Shown here in pieces: positions 1 to 9,791 of a DNA stretch of 64,000 nt (the stretch's first letter is position 1; each line of letters opens with the position of its first letter). Source of the stretch: a virus (lineage: Duplodnaviria > Caudoviricetes). The position numbers were made by a program, and so were the translations under genes. The stretch lies in IMG/VR virus record IMGVR_UViG_3300024346_000004, one strand, 5' to 3'. The notes beneath the pieces are model-generated. The model saw only the letters and a program-made list of their open reading frames with translations. It had not been told where the DNA came from and searched no databases.

Positions 1-904
1 ATTTCATTATTTTAGTGTAATCGTTTAAAGTGATATCTGTAAATTTAGCCACGTACTCTGCTGTAGTAAAATTATGTGGATTAAATGTATTGCCACTTAA
101 TATATCTTCTAAATAAGATAATGCTTTTTCTACAGTATCTCCATGCATAACATTATAAGTGTATTTGGAGTGTGACATTCTAAAAAATGGGTTTCTAGAA
201 TTAAAAGAGTCATGATTTAAAGATAGTGTTGGTGCTTTAATAATCTGACAATAATTATATAAATTATTTGGTACTGTAATTAAACATCTGGAATACTTTA
301 CTAGTTCAAAAAAGATCTCAGCACTATCTATCTCTCCCCTTAAATCCATGAAATTACTTGAAATAGGGGTGTTTTTGTTTTCTCCAATGACAACTATATC
401 TTTTCTGTCTGATATAGCGCTAATGAATGAATTCCAATGGGGATAATGACCATCTTGTTTATTAGTATGTAAACTTTGAGGTTGTAAAAGAATAAATTCT
501 AAAGGAAGCGATTTTATTATTTGTTCAGCTTTATCAATTGATTTTTTAGAAATGTTTACTTTGTCTGGTAATTGTGTTTCGTAATGAACACTAGTCCAGT
601 CTATAAGGCAATTTTTAATATCTTCTACATTACAAAAATCCATCTTATGATCTTTATGTAATTGAGATAAGTGATGTTGTTCATAAATTCTATTAGCTAA
701 GTTTGCTAATATTTTCATGTATTCAGCTTTATTACTATTATCATAATAATAGCACTTCACTTCTTTAATGAATGATTGCGCTTCTAAAAAATCTTTAATT
801 TCTGGATATGGACCAATATGAATAACTTTATCAATGTTATTTCTTTTCAATACATCCAAGGAAGCAATTGTATCTCCCCATGCAAATCCTATTAATCCCC
901 ACAT
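1..904 (-). CDS. Partial GT-B fold glycosyltransferase (GT9/heptosyltransferase-like), runs off the left edge
   Basis: Not in the ORF track; partly hand-translated from ATG 904: MWGLIGFAWGDTIAS...FLEAQSFIKEV...ILLQPQS...YPHWNSFI...VVIG...FMDLRG...LITVPNNL, the GT9-like motif order. Confidence 0.6.
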   Translation of the reverse strand, partial: MWGLIGFAWGDTIASLDVLKRNNIDKVIHIGPYPEIKDFLEAQSFIKEVKCYYYDNSNKAEYMKILANLANRIYEQHHLSQLHKDHKMDFCNVEDIKNCLIDWTSVHYETQLPDKVNISKKSIDKAEQIIKSLPLEFILLQPQSLHTNKQDGHYPHWNSFISAISDRKDIVVIGENKNTPISSNFMDLRGEIDSAEIFFELVKYSRCLITVPNNLYNYCQIIKAPTLSLNHDSFNSRNPFFRMSHSKYTYNVMHGDTVEKALSYLEDILSGNTFNPHNFTTAEYVAKFTDITLNDYTKIMK

Positions 905-921
905 AATAAGCATTGTAAAAG

Positions 922-947
922 AAAACCCTCCTTTTTAGGGGAGGGTT
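922..947 (-). terminator. Intrinsic terminator after nusG
   Basis: AACCCTCC/GGAGGGTT hairpin with a T-run on the minus strand. Confidence 0.7.
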
Positions 948-952
948 ATTAT

Positions 953-1486
953 TTAATTCTCTCTTGTTACTTGATGATACTCTAGTTCAATAGGTGTATC
1001 ACGTCCAAAGATTTGAATCATAACTTTCATCTTTTGCTTATCTTCAAAAATATCTTCCACTGTTCCCACAAGGTCGATAAATGGTCCTTTGGTGACACGG
1101 ATTTTATCGTTCTTATGCCATTTGAGCTTAGGCTTATTTTTCTCTGGATTCATAGCTTCTAGAATAACTTTGATATCAGCATCTTTGATAGGAGTAATTT
1201 TATTTGAAGCGGATGATACAAAACTTGCAACACCCGGTGTAGAACGAACAATATTTTGTGTATCTACATCAAGAATCATGTTAACAAATACATAACCAGG
1301 GTATATTTTTTTGTTAACTTGTACTTTCTTGCCGTTTCTGACTACTACATCAATTTCTTCTGGAGCGACAACCACCTTGAATAGACCACTTAGATTAGCG
1401 TGAGCCATTCTCTTTGTTAAGGTAGCACACACTGCTTTCTCTTTTTGAGGTAGAACATGAACAGCGTACCACTTAAAATCTGACAT
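953..1486 (-). CDS. nusG: Transcription termination/antitermination factor NusG
   Basis: NGN motifs WYAVHV, KKIYPGYVFVNM, TPGV; KOW motif IRVTKGPF; C-terminal IFGRDTPIELEY. Start moved to MSDFKWY. Confidence 0.95.
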   Translation of the reverse strand: MSDFKWYAVHVLPQKEKAVCATLTKRMAHANLSGLFKVVVAPEEIDVVVRNGKKVQVNKKIYPGYVFVNMILDVDTQNIVRSTPGVASFVSSASNKITPIKDADIKVILEAMNPEKNKPKLKWHKNDKIRVTKGPFIDLVGTVEDIFEDKQKMKVMIQIFGRDTPIELEYHQVTREN

Positions 1487-1487
1487 A

Positions 1488-1796
1488 TTACTTCTTTCTC
1501 TTAGGCAACTTATCGGAACTAATCCAGACCCAAGCGTGAACATAAGCTCCGTCCTTCATGATGGATACATTAGCATCATCATCAATTAGAACATTTTCTT
1601 CAGCGTTGGTGTACTTCTTACGAGCAACGGTGATATACTTTTCATTCAATTCATTAGTTTGGTAATTCTTCCAAACAGCAATTGAATCAGCAATGTCCCG
1701 CAACGAAGATTTGGATGTGTAGGTAAATTCCTTCAAAATAGTGTTAACCTGATTTACCGTAAGGCTAACATAACCACTAACAACATTATTGAGCAT
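1488..1796 (-). CDS. Hypothetical phage protein
   Basis: GGAG SD upstream; IDDDANVS..GAYVHAWVWI motif. Confidence 0.75.
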   Translation of the reverse strand: MLNNVVSGYVSLTVNQVNTILKEFTYTSKSSLRDIADSIAVWKNYQTNELNEKYITVARKKYTNAEENVLIDDDANVSIMKDGAYVHAWVWISSDKLPKRKK

Positions 1797-1857
1797 TTTG
1801 CTCCTCCATGCTATTAATGTACCATGATTTCAGGCAATCACAAATTTATTTTTAGAA

Positions 1858-3351
1858 CTATTTTGCGCCTGGGAATTCTGGAGTTGGTCTGTGTAAACCA
1901 TAGTCTTTGATGAACTTAAATCTCTTGCCTCTACTCTTAGGCATTCCTCTATAAACTTCATCCCAGTCACTATCATTACCAGTAAGCTTAGATATCTGGT
2001 GTAATCGGTCAATAAGTCCACGGTGAGCGACCATAGTAGGCATAGGTGTTTTCCCTACCTTACCTTTAGCTCTAGCTCCTGCCAAGAATTTAGCTCTAGA
2101 TCTAATAATTTTAGCAGCAAAATATTCGTCTAATTCTTGACTTGTAATTTTTTTGGACAACATTGCAATCATGTTGTCTATTTCAATTTTTTCTTGAGGA
2201 GTAGAAGTTAGGTTGAGAGGCTTTTGTTGTATACCTAAAGCGTCTCTGAGAATCATAGTAACCCAGCCTAAACCTGAATTAAACTTAATGTCTGCTAAAG
2301 CAATCGCTGTATTAGCTGGAAGTTTAGAAACACCTAATTCTTGCCAATCAACAAATGCTGCTTTTTCAGCTTCTTCTTTTGTTAATTTAAAGACTGATTT
2401 AGGTGGAAAGCCATAAGCTCTGACTAATCCATTATAATGTTTTTGTGTAATTCCAAAGTTTGTTTCCCCGCCTGGATCTGTTTTCATGTTAACAGCTCCA
2501 CCTTCTTGCTTGTTTCTGAAATCTTTGTAAATTTCATATACTTCTGCGGGATCAGTTTTAAATGGAAGACCTTTATTTTTCTTACTGTCAAATACTAACC
2601 AGTGTTTTTTGACTGATTTTCTTTCTCTGCCTGTTATTTTCCCAGAATCCAAATCTTCCATCATTTTGAGTTTGATTTTTCTTCTAGCTGGCATTTTAGC
2701 TTTAGGTCTAGCTATTTCTTTTTTGACAGGCTGCTTTATTTCTGGTTGTTCGATAATAGGTTGCGGAGCTGCTTGCTCTACTATAGGCTTATCGTACAAA
2801 GGATCCTGAACCATTTGCTCAGGTGTAGTTTCTTTTGGAGTTATTAGTTGTTCTATTTTAATTAAGTTTGAAAGATTTGGATCTTTAGGGTTATTTAGAA
2901 TAGCAGCTTTAAATGTTTGGCTATCTAAAACTCCAGTTGCAGATATGCTTTGAGCTCTTTGGAAAACTACAGTAGCATCCACGGTAGCTTGTCCGAAATC
3001 ATTATCTACATCAAGCCCGGCATTACTATTCGCATTTAGATAACTTTGCCACGCTCCAACAGCTGTATGTTTTGCGCCTTTACCAAAAGGTTTGAATTCT
3101 GTAATATTATAGTTTTGTAATATTTTTGCTGGATTTTCTAAATATGTTTGGATTAATTTAGTAGTTGTCCCAGCTACAACACCTGCTAATGTTAGAACTG
3201 CAAATAAAGTATTTTTATTATAGTACCAAGGCTCATTACCAGCTACTTTTGTAAATACATCATGTATTTTTGCAGCTTCTATGAGTTTACCTTGAGATTC
3301 TAAATCGCAGCAGATATTATTTAATTCAAGTAAAAGGGCATACCTATTCAT
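1858..3351 (-). CDS. Peptidoglycan hydrolase: leader peptide, hydrophobic segment, PG-binding domain and GH108-like lysozyme
   Basis: PG_binding_1-like DNDFGQATVDATVVFQ..TGVLD; GH108 motif EGG.VN..TDPGGETNFGIT. Confidence 0.8.
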   Translation of the reverse strand: MNRYALLLELNNICCDLESQGKLIEAAKIHDVFTKVAGNEPWYYNKNTLFAVLTLAGVVAGTTTKLIQTYLENPAKILQNYNITEFKPFGKGAKHTAVGAWQSYLNANSNAGLDVDNDFGQATVDATVVFQRAQSISATGVLDSQTFKAAILNNPKDPNLSNLIKIEQLITPKETTPEQMVQDPLYDKPIVEQAAPQPIIEQPEIKQPVKKEIARPKAKMPARRKIKLKMMEDLDSGKITGRERKSVKKHWLVFDSKKNKGLPFKTDPAEVYEIYKDFRNKQEGGAVNMKTDPGGETNFGITQKHYNGLVRAYGFPPKSVFKLTKEEAEKAAFVDWQELGVSKLPANTAIALADIKFNSGLGWVTMILRDALGIQQKPLNLTSTPQEKIEIDNMIAMLSKKITSQELDEYFAAKIIRSRAKFLAGARAKGKVGKTPMPTMVAHRGLIDRLHQISKLTGNDSDWDEVYRGMPKSRGKRFKFIKDYGLHRPTPEFPGAK

Positions 3352-3360
3352 GGATATATT

Positions 3361-3389
3361 TTTCTATCTAACAAGGAGGTTTACCCTTT
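3361..3389 (-). promoter_or_regulatory. Putative phage late-type promoter AAAGG-N18-TAGAAA
   Basis: Same bipartite motif upstream of several leader-bearing genes. Confidence 0.55.
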
Positions 3390-3627
3390 AGATTTTACGT
3401 ATTTCATCTAACAAAACATATGCCCCAATTAGATTAGAAGCAGAATCATTAATTTGTTGTACTAAACATTTTACTAAAATATATCTTTTTTGTGTATCTT
3501 CTTCAGACATAATAAGATTTTCAGCTTTTAAATCGCTGGCATATTTTTCCATAGCGTACATTGTTACTTTGAATTGTTTCGTAAGTAAATGTAAACTGTC
3601 GGTAAATTCTTTTTCTTTATCTTTCAT
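3388..3627 (-). CDS. Hypothetical protein
   Basis: 79 aa ORF coupled to the GT2 gene by an ATGA overlap. Confidence 0.65.
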   Translation of the reverse strand: MKDKEKEFTDSLHLLTKQFKVTMYAMEKYASDLKAENLIMSEEDTQKRYILVKCLVQQINDSASNLIGAYVLLDEIRKI

Positions 3628-4382
3628 TCTCTAATATTATGTCCAGGGTATGGATATTTTCTGTCCTTGTATGAAATAAAATATCCTATCTTTTCGTCAT
3701 TGAAAGGATAATTATATTTTACTGGTCTGCCATCACTATCCTTGGTAAATCCCCACTTATTATTGTAATATTCTCTTAATTTGGGGAAATATTTTTCTTC
3801 GTATGTATCTAATAGTCCATCAATAGAGTTCATACTAAAACTTCCAATATGTTTATGCTTGAATACAGTCTTAGATGGAACAAGATTTAATTTTTCTAAT
3901 CTAATCTCAAAATCAGTGTCTTCGTAATATGCTGGATATATATTTTCATCAAACATTCCAACAGTATCTAAGGCATATTGATTATAAATAAAACAAGCAA
4001 AATCCCATTCGCTTAATATAATAGGACAAGTATAATTCCTATGAGCGAATTTTATATAATCATTAAATCCAGTATCTACAAATGCAAAATCATCATTCAT
4101 AATAATGCAATGATCATATTTGTTCTCAATATAAGCAAATGAGATAGTGTCATTCCATGTTCTTGCTAATCCTCTATTTTGTCTATAATCAAAGCATCTA
4201 ATGTGTTTATATTTACTGGCTAAGGAATATATTTTTTTAGCTATTTCTCGATCTTCTGAATGATTAAATAACAATATTACTACTTCATGAGCTGCATTGT
4301 TAGAATTAATAATAGAAGTTACACATGTTTCTATTACTTCTGGATTACTAAAACAAGGTATACCTACAACAACATTTGCCAT
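3624..4382 (-). CDS. Glycosyltransferase family 2 (GT-A)
   Basis: VVVGIPCF, NRGLARTWN, IMNDD, VGMFDENIYPAYYEDTDF. Confidence 0.9.
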   Translation of the reverse strand: MANVVVGIPCFSNPEVIETCVTSIINSNNAAHEVVILLFNHSEDREIAKKIYSLASKYKHIRCFDYRQNRGLARTWNDTISFAYIENKYDHCIIMNDDFAFVDTGFNDYIKFAHRNYTCPIILSEWDFACFIYNQYALDTVGMFDENIYPAYYEDTDFEIRLEKLNLVPSKTVFKHKHIGSFSMNSIDGLLDTYEEKYFPKLREYYNNKWGFTKDSDGRPVKYNYPFNDEKIGYFISYKDRKYPYPGHNIRE

Positions 4383-4417
4383 AATAAAAATATACAGATT
4401 TCTTTTATAATAGGTCT

Positions 4418-4948
4418 ATGGATACTTTAAAATCATTGTGCGCTGATTTGAATTCTTTTACTGATAAAGATACTGTTCATTGTTATCTAGATGTTTATGA
4501 TCATCTTTTCTTACCATATAAAGATAAAGAAATTAATTTCTTGGAGATTGGGACAGATCGTGGTGGAAGTTTGATGTTGTGGGATAAATATTTCCCCAAT
4601 GCTAATATTTATGGATTAGATATTAAACATCCAGATCTTGAAATTCCATCCAGAGTAAACTTCTATCAATCAGACGCAACGGATTCTAATTGCTTAAATT
4701 TATTCCCAGAAAATATTAAATTTGATATTGTAATTGAAGATGCATCTCACTTATTAGAACATCAAATCCTTACATATTCGTTCATGAAAAATAGAATGAA
4801 CAATGGTGGATTATTTATTATTGAAGATATTCAGGAATATGGTATTGCTAAAATGAGAATGCAGCAATATTTTGGTGATTTTGATGTTTATGATCTAAGA
4901 TATATCAAAAATAGATATGATGATATCTTATTTGTTTTTAAACATTAA
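4418..4948 (+). CDS. Class I SAM-dependent methyltransferase (sugar O-methyltransferase-like)
   Basis: FLEIGTDRGGSL, IYGLDI, FDIVIEDASH, GGLFIIEDI. Confidence 0.85.
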   Translation: MDTLKSLCADLNSFTDKDTVHCYLDVYDHLFLPYKDKEINFLEIGTDRGGSLMLWDKYFPNANIYGLDIKHPDLEIPSRVNFYQSDATDSNCLNLFPENIKFDIVIEDASHLLEHQILTYSFMKNRMNNGGLFIIEDIQEYGIAKMRMQQYFGDFDVYDLRYIKNRYDDILFVFKH

Positions 4949-5496
4949 CCTCTTTGCACCATTTCGCACATAACATCAACTTCGTAGTCAGTGCAAATAT
5001 TACATAGTCTGTCTAGCTGATTTAAAATATTGATAGTAGATTTATTAACCTGCATCTGTTGATCTATTTTTTCTTCGGCTAGCATGATTTTAGATTTTAA
5101 GTATTTAGGGTGATAGTTTTTATTCTTGCTGATTTCCAGTATCCATAATAAAGCTAATATAAGTTCATTTTGCACTTCTACACAAAAATATTGCGATCTA
5201 ATATCTACTGCATGTAAATCTAATGTGTAACCAATTAAGTCTGATTCAACAATGATTATTTTCTTAAACAATACATCATCATATTCGTATTCATATTTGA
5301 TTGGAATGTTGTCAATTATGTCTACCCATTGTTTTAGTAGCATTCTATTATCATAGTTCAAGATTGCGTATGACAGACATTCCGATGCATCACTGCTATA
5401 ATTTGATGGTAAATGTAATGAAGATTTCCATAACACATTATCAATATTGTATTCATCGGATATTTTAGGTTCAAATTTTAAAATATTGTATGCCAT
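4945..5496 (-). CDS. Hypothetical protein
   Basis: 183 aa ORF; TATAAT 6 nt upstream of the ATG. Confidence 0.7.
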   Translation of the reverse strand: MAYNILKFEPKISDEYNIDNVLWKSSLHLPSNYSSDASECLSYAILNYDNRMLLKQWVDIIDNIPIKYEYEYDDVLFKKIIIVESDLIGYTLDLHAVDIRSQYFCVEVQNELILALLWILEISKNKNYHPKYLKSKIMLAEEKIDQQMQVNKSTINILNQLDRLCNICTDYEVDVMCEMVQRG

Positions 5497-5507
5497 AAAA
5501 CAATTAT

Positions 5508-5535
5508 AAAGGTTTCTTAAAATTTTTTATAAAAT
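5508..5535 (+). promoter_or_regulatory. Putative phage late-type promoter AAAGG-N17-TAAAAT
   Basis: Bipartite motif ending 8 nt upstream of ATG 5544. Confidence 0.55.
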
Positions 5536-5543
5536 ATATAAAT

Positions 5544-6386
5544 ATGAAAATAATTATTTCTAGTTGCAAATATCATGAATCTGTTGGAAATTTTCACCAA
5601 GCAGATATAAATGATAGGGTGTTACAAAAGATTGCTAAGACCCCTGAAGGCGAACCAATTATTGAAAAGTTAGATTGGGTCAATACTTCGCTCAAACCCA
5701 AGGACGTGATAAAAATGGAGTCAGATGTATATCCTCCTGATTTCCATGTATTTTCAGATCTGGAAGTACCATCTTATGTATATATGACTCCAGAACAACA
5801 AAAATTAATACCTAAACCTGCAAGAGACAAAATTTATAAAGAAATAAGAGAAAAAGCTGATGAATATCTTATAGAAGATGATAATGATAAATATATTGTA
5901 GATGGTATGAATGGGATATTCTATTTTATTTTATCTGTAAATAATAGAAAGAAAAAAATAGAAGTAGAAGATCTTACAGTTATTCCAGGTAACAGAAGAA
6001 CAAATTTGATGATAGCTTTAGACAGATTATATAAGCTTCTAATGCCTTATCAATCTCAAGGATTTTCAATTATAGGATCAGCTAGAAAAACAACATCTTG
6101 GCCTATGATTAAAAACATGGTCAAACAAGGATGGCTTATACCTGTTAGAGGCAAAAGAATAAAAAAAGTTGTCAAAGATGATCAAGGAAGAGTTGTTGAT
6201 ATGAAAACTAGCATGGATGATATTGGGGATGAAGAATTACATGAATTTGAATTCCAATTAAATCTTCCATCTGCTCTTCCAGATTATATTCAAAAAGCTG
6301 CTGCCGAGGCTTATGAAAAACTTAGTCCTAAAAAAACTTTTGTTAATAAAGGCATAGATAAGTTGAAAAGTTTTTTTGCAAGATAG
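5544..6386 (+). CDS. Leader-bearing protein, possible GNAT-like core
   Basis: N-terminal leader ..CKYHESVGNFHQADINDRVLQKIA; IEVEDLTVIP..ARKTTS pattern is weakly GNAT-like. Confidence 0.6.
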   Translation: MKIIISSCKYHESVGNFHQADINDRVLQKIAKTPEGEPIIEKLDWVNTSLKPKDVIKMESDVYPPDFHVFSDLEVPSYVYMTPEQQKLIPKPARDKIYKEIREKADEYLIEDDNDKYIVDGMNGIFYFILSVNNRKKKIEVEDLTVIPGNRRTNLMIALDRLYKLLMPYQSQGFSIIGSARKTTSWPMIKNMVKQGWLIPVRGKRIKKVVKDDQGRVVDMKTSMDDIGDEELHEFEFQLNLPSALPDYIQKAAAEAYEKLSPKKTFVNKGIDKLKSFFAR

Positions 6387-6422
6387 TAAACTAGTATAAA
6401 ATAAAATAGTTTAGGAGATATT

Positions 6423-6920
6423 ATGAATAGATCATTAGTAAAATTAGTAAAAATAGCTAATTTATTGGATTATAGAGGAATGCACGACGAAGCAGATAAA
6501 TTGACTCGTGTTGCTGTTAAAATGGCTCAAAATTTCGATAGTGAATACAGCAAGTATGAAATGCGTACTCAACGAGATCTTGATAAAAGTTTAGAAGATG
6601 GATTTGCTGGTGGAAACTATTCAAATGTATCATCTTTAGAAAATGACCCGATGTTGAAAAGATATAAAATGGAATATCAACAAGATCCAATGTCAGAGGG
6701 CGATCAAGAATTGGAAAATTCAGTTCAAGATAAACTAACGGTTGCATTATCAGGAACATATTTGGAAGACAGTGTTAAGAGTGGCGATACTTTATATATT
6801 TTAGAACCATGGCTTAATGATGAGATGTCTATTTCTGAAGCTTGTGAAAAATATGAATCTGATTTGAAAGAACAGAGAAATGATTTTGGAGATGATGGTT
6901 ACGATCCATTAGATGACTAA
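6423..6920 (+). CDS. Leader-bearing acidic protein
   Basis: Leader LVKIANLLDYRGMHDEADKLTRVAVKMAQ; AGGAG SD. Confidence 0.75.
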   Translation: MNRSLVKLVKIANLLDYRGMHDEADKLTRVAVKMAQNFDSEYSKYEMRTQRDLDKSLEDGFAGGNYSNVSSLENDPMLKRYKMEYQQDPMSEGDQELENSVQDKLTVALSGTYLEDSVKSGDTLYILEPWLNDEMSISEACEKYESDLKEQRNDFGDDGYDPLDD

Positions 6921-6926
6921 AATAAG

Positions 6927-6954
6927 AAAACCCCTCTGGAAAGAGGGGTTTTTT
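6927..6954. terminator. Bidirectional intrinsic terminator
   Basis: AAAACCCCTCT-GGAA-AGAGGGGTTTTTT between convergent genes. Confidence 0.85.
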
Positions 6955-6959
6955 AGTTA

Positions 6960-7523
6960 TTATTTATCAAAAATAAATTTCTGTTGTCCAGTATTTATGT
7001 TATCTAAAGCTTTACTATTATCAAATCCATAAAGAAAAATATTTCTCAAAGATCCCAAATCTTTTTTAGATAGTTCAAGCTTTAAAAATTTCACTAAAGC
7101 ATCAAATCTTTCTTCTAATTCATCTGGTGTAGAGATTGCGTTATGAAGAGCAAACATACCACTATCCATGCCTAAACTGTAAGCTTCAGGACTAAAACCA
7201 AACTTATCATAAAGCAAACCTCTATATGAGCTATTGTCTACAAAATAGTTTTTAAAGATAACATTTGTGATATAGAAGAATAACAATAATTGATTGTCCA
7301 TTTCTAAGGATTCAAAATATTCCTTAGCTTTTTGCTTATATTGCTCTAAAGCTTCTTCTTGACTTTTCAATATTTCTTTATGTTCATCTGAATTTGAATA
7401 TTCAGTGTAAGAATTATAAGTTTTGCCATTAAGCTCAAATGGATTAGAATTATTTGTCACTGGATTATTTGTACTTTCTCGAATTGATTCTTCTTTTCTT
7501 AGCTTTATATCATCCCAGTTCAT
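6960..7523 (-). CDS. Hypothetical phage protein
   Basis: 187 aa ORF overlapping the MTase stop; SYRGLLYDKFGF..AY..G..SG..ALHN motif. Confidence 0.7.
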   Translation of the reverse strand: MNWDDIKLRKEESIRESTNNPVTNNSNPFELNGKTYNSYTEYSNSDEHKEILKSQEEALEQYKQKAKEYFESLEMDNQLLLFFYITNVIFKNYFVDNSSYRGLLYDKFGFSPEAYSLGMDSGMFALHNAISTPDELEERFDALVKFLKLELSKKDLGSLRNIFLYGFDNSKALDNINTGQQKFIFDK

Positions 7524-8280
7524 TATTGTAAACCTTGCCTGTGAGAGTAGCGTATCTGCCTATTGATAACTGGTAATATTCTGAATCTAACTCACATCCA
7601 GCAAATTTTCTATTAAGATTATCACAGGCTATTAAAGTAGATGCAGTACCAGCGAAAATATCTAATACAACATCACCAGTATTAGTGTATGCGTTAATAA
7701 ATCTTTCCAGAATCATCACCGGCTTTTGAGTAGGATGCCAATTACAGTATTCTTTACTTGTAGTATGATTATTCTTTTCCCAAATACATGTAGGAATAGT
7801 GCCTTGAGCGTATTCATCACCAGTGCGAATATTTATCTTTTGCTTACGTTCTATCCTAATGCTGTCAGAATTAAATAAGAATGTTTTGCCTTTAGAATAA
7901 CACCAAATATATTCATGCTTTCTTGCAAAATTAGTCTTAGAACGCCCACCCCAATTATAATGCCAGACAATTTCATTCTGAGGAAGCATGTTAGGCATTT
8001 TATTCAAAATATCTAACTTATATTTTAAAAACGTATCATATTTTAGAGTACCAAAAACGCACATCATTCGGTCAGACTTTAATACTCTTACACATTCCTT
8101 AGTCCATTCTTCGCACCAATCTAAATAATCTTTTTCTGAAGACCATTGACTATCCCATCCTTTACCACCATCATAACCAATATAATATGGTGGGTCAGTG
8201 AGAATAAGGTCAACACTAGAATCAGGAAGAGATTTTAGGAAAGACATACAATCTTCATTTTTATAATTATGTTGCATCAA
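7510..8280 (-). CDS. Amino-DNA methyltransferase (N6A/N4C, beta class)
   Basis: LILTDPPY near the N-terminus, HPTQKP, VLDIFAGTAS SAM-binding motif near the C-terminus. Confidence 0.93.
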   Translation of the reverse strand: MMQHNYKNEDCMSFLKSLPDSSVDLILTDPPYYIGYDGGKGWDSQWSSEKDYLDWCEEWTKECVRVLKSDRMMCVFGTLKYDTFLKYKLDILNKMPNMLPQNEIVWHYNWGGRSKTNFARKHEYIWCYSKGKTFLFNSDSIRIERKQKINIRTGDEYAQGTIPTCIWEKNNHTTSKEYCNWHPTQKPVMILERFINAYTNTGDVVLDIFAGTASTLIACDNLNRKFAGCELDSEYYQLSIGRYATLTGKVYNNELG

Positions 8281-8285
8281 AATAC

Positions 8286-8822
8286 CTATTTACATTTTAC
8301 CATAGCTTGAATTGTTTTCTTACTAGTTTCATTCAATGCTTTTAACTGATTTAAAATATTATTACATTCGTTTTTTACATCAGAATATTCTTGAGTTTCA
8401 AACAATGTACACATGCTTTCCAATTTCTTGATAATAGTATCACGAGAGCAAATACATGTTTTAGGTATTGAATTTATTGATATTTGAGAACATTCAATAA
8501 CAACTTCATTATGTTGTCCTCTATTTTTAGATGCAGTGAGATTAAACACATCAAAAGGAGACAATACAGCCCATAATCCGCTTTTTCTAAAATAAACGAT
8601 TACTACTATACATTTAATCGCTCTAACTTGATTTATTCCACCTCTACTGTCAAGCTCTAAGTCTGTAGTTTTAACTTCATAAGTATAAGAAGAATTTTTA
8701 CCCTTATAAATACCATCGCCGTCTTTAGGGTGACACTTTTCATATTTAGGACCAAGTAATTTAAATAAAACTTCTTGACCTTTTGTACCAGTGGAATTTT
8801 GATCGTGCAGTCCGGTTAGCAT
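8286..8822 (-). CDS. PD-(D/E)xK nuclease, putative restriction endonuclease
   Basis: G..GQE..PKDGD..YEVKT motif; directly upstream of the MTase. Confidence 0.55.
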   Translation of the reverse strand: MLTGLHDQNSTGTKGQEVLFKLLGPKYEKCHPKDGDGIYKGKNSSYTYEVKTTDLELDSRGGINQVRAIKCIVVIVYFRKSGLWAVLSPFDVFNLTASKNRGQHNEVVIECSQISINSIPKTCICSRDTIIKKLESMCTLFETQEYSDVKNECNNILNQLKALNETSKKTIQAMVKCK

Positions 8823-8832
8823 AATGAAGCCT

Positions 8833-9417
8833 CTATAGTAAATCTAGATTACAAAAAGATTGACCAGTCCAATAATATTTTCTAAACTCATCAATCTCAT
8901 CATAATATTTGTGTCTATCAATGTAATAAATGATTCTAGCATCTTCGCCTAAATCATGCAATACTTTGTTGAAAATTAGTCTACCAGTGCGTCCATTACC
9001 ATCTATGAAAGGATGAATAATCTCAAACATATGATGTGAAATCCAAGCTGTATCAATTGGGTTTCTAGATTCATCATTCATTAGATTTTTAGTAGTTTTA
9101 AACCATGTATCAATCAATCCTGGAAACAAATATGGTTTTGGACATTCTTCATTGCCTATCCAAACATCTACTGTTCTATATTGACCTGAAGAATTATGAT
9201 TTTCAAAATAATCTATTCCTTTGGTCAAGAATCTATGAATATCTAATGGGGTCGATGAATTAATCTCCCATCCATCAGATAATACAAAATTCAAAGCATT
9301 CAAATGGTTATCATACATTTGACAACCTGGTTTAGCTCCATCATAACCTGGCTGCGGATCGATAGCATTTGATTGGACAATAAAAGCGTCTTTCCAACTC
9401 TTTGATAAATCTAACAT
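8833..9417 (-). CDS. Fic-domain protein (AMPylase)
   Basis: Canonical HPFIDGNGRTGR motif. Confidence 0.93.
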   Translation of the reverse strand: MLDLSKSWKDAFIVQSNAIDPQPGYDGAKPGCQMYDNHLNALNFVLSDGWEINSSTPLDIHRFLTKGIDYFENHNSSGQYRTVDVWIGNEECPKPYLFPGLIDTWFKTTKNLMNDESRNPIDTAWISHHMFEIIHPFIDGNGRTGRLIFNKVLHDLGEDARIIYYIDRHKYYDEIDEFRKYYWTGQSFCNLDLL

Positions 9418-9419
9418 AA

Positions 9420-9791
9420 TTAATAAGCCACTTCTACATCTTCGTCAAAGTAATAATCGCAATGACAATAATCTGAAAAAATCATAAATACATTCATCAT
9501 CAACGCATAGTCTTCTTTACTGTTACAATAGATTGAATATGATTGTAGAACTTTATCATAGCTTACTAAAAAAAAGTTCTTGTCATTCAATGCTACAGTA
9601 TAGTATGTATTTAGAGAAGCATCAATCTTAAATGCTTTGAATGTATTGATGCTTTTTTCCAATCTATTCCAATCAATATTCATTCTTATGTGAAAAGGGA
9701 ATACTGCATGAGAGATACATTTTAAGTGAAATACCTCTTTTACAGAAATAGATGTCTTGTTAGGTAAATTAAATATTTGTGACAACTTCAT
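9420..9791 (-). CDS. Hypothetical protein
   Basis: 123 aa ORF heading the Fic/R-M operon. Confidence 0.65.
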   Translation of the reverse strand: MKLSQIFNLPNKTSISVKEVFHLKCISHAVFPFHIRMNIDWNRLEKSINTFKAFKIDASLNTYYTVALNDKNFFLVSYDKVLQSYSIYCNSKEDYALMMNVFMIFSDYCHCDYYFDEDVEVAY

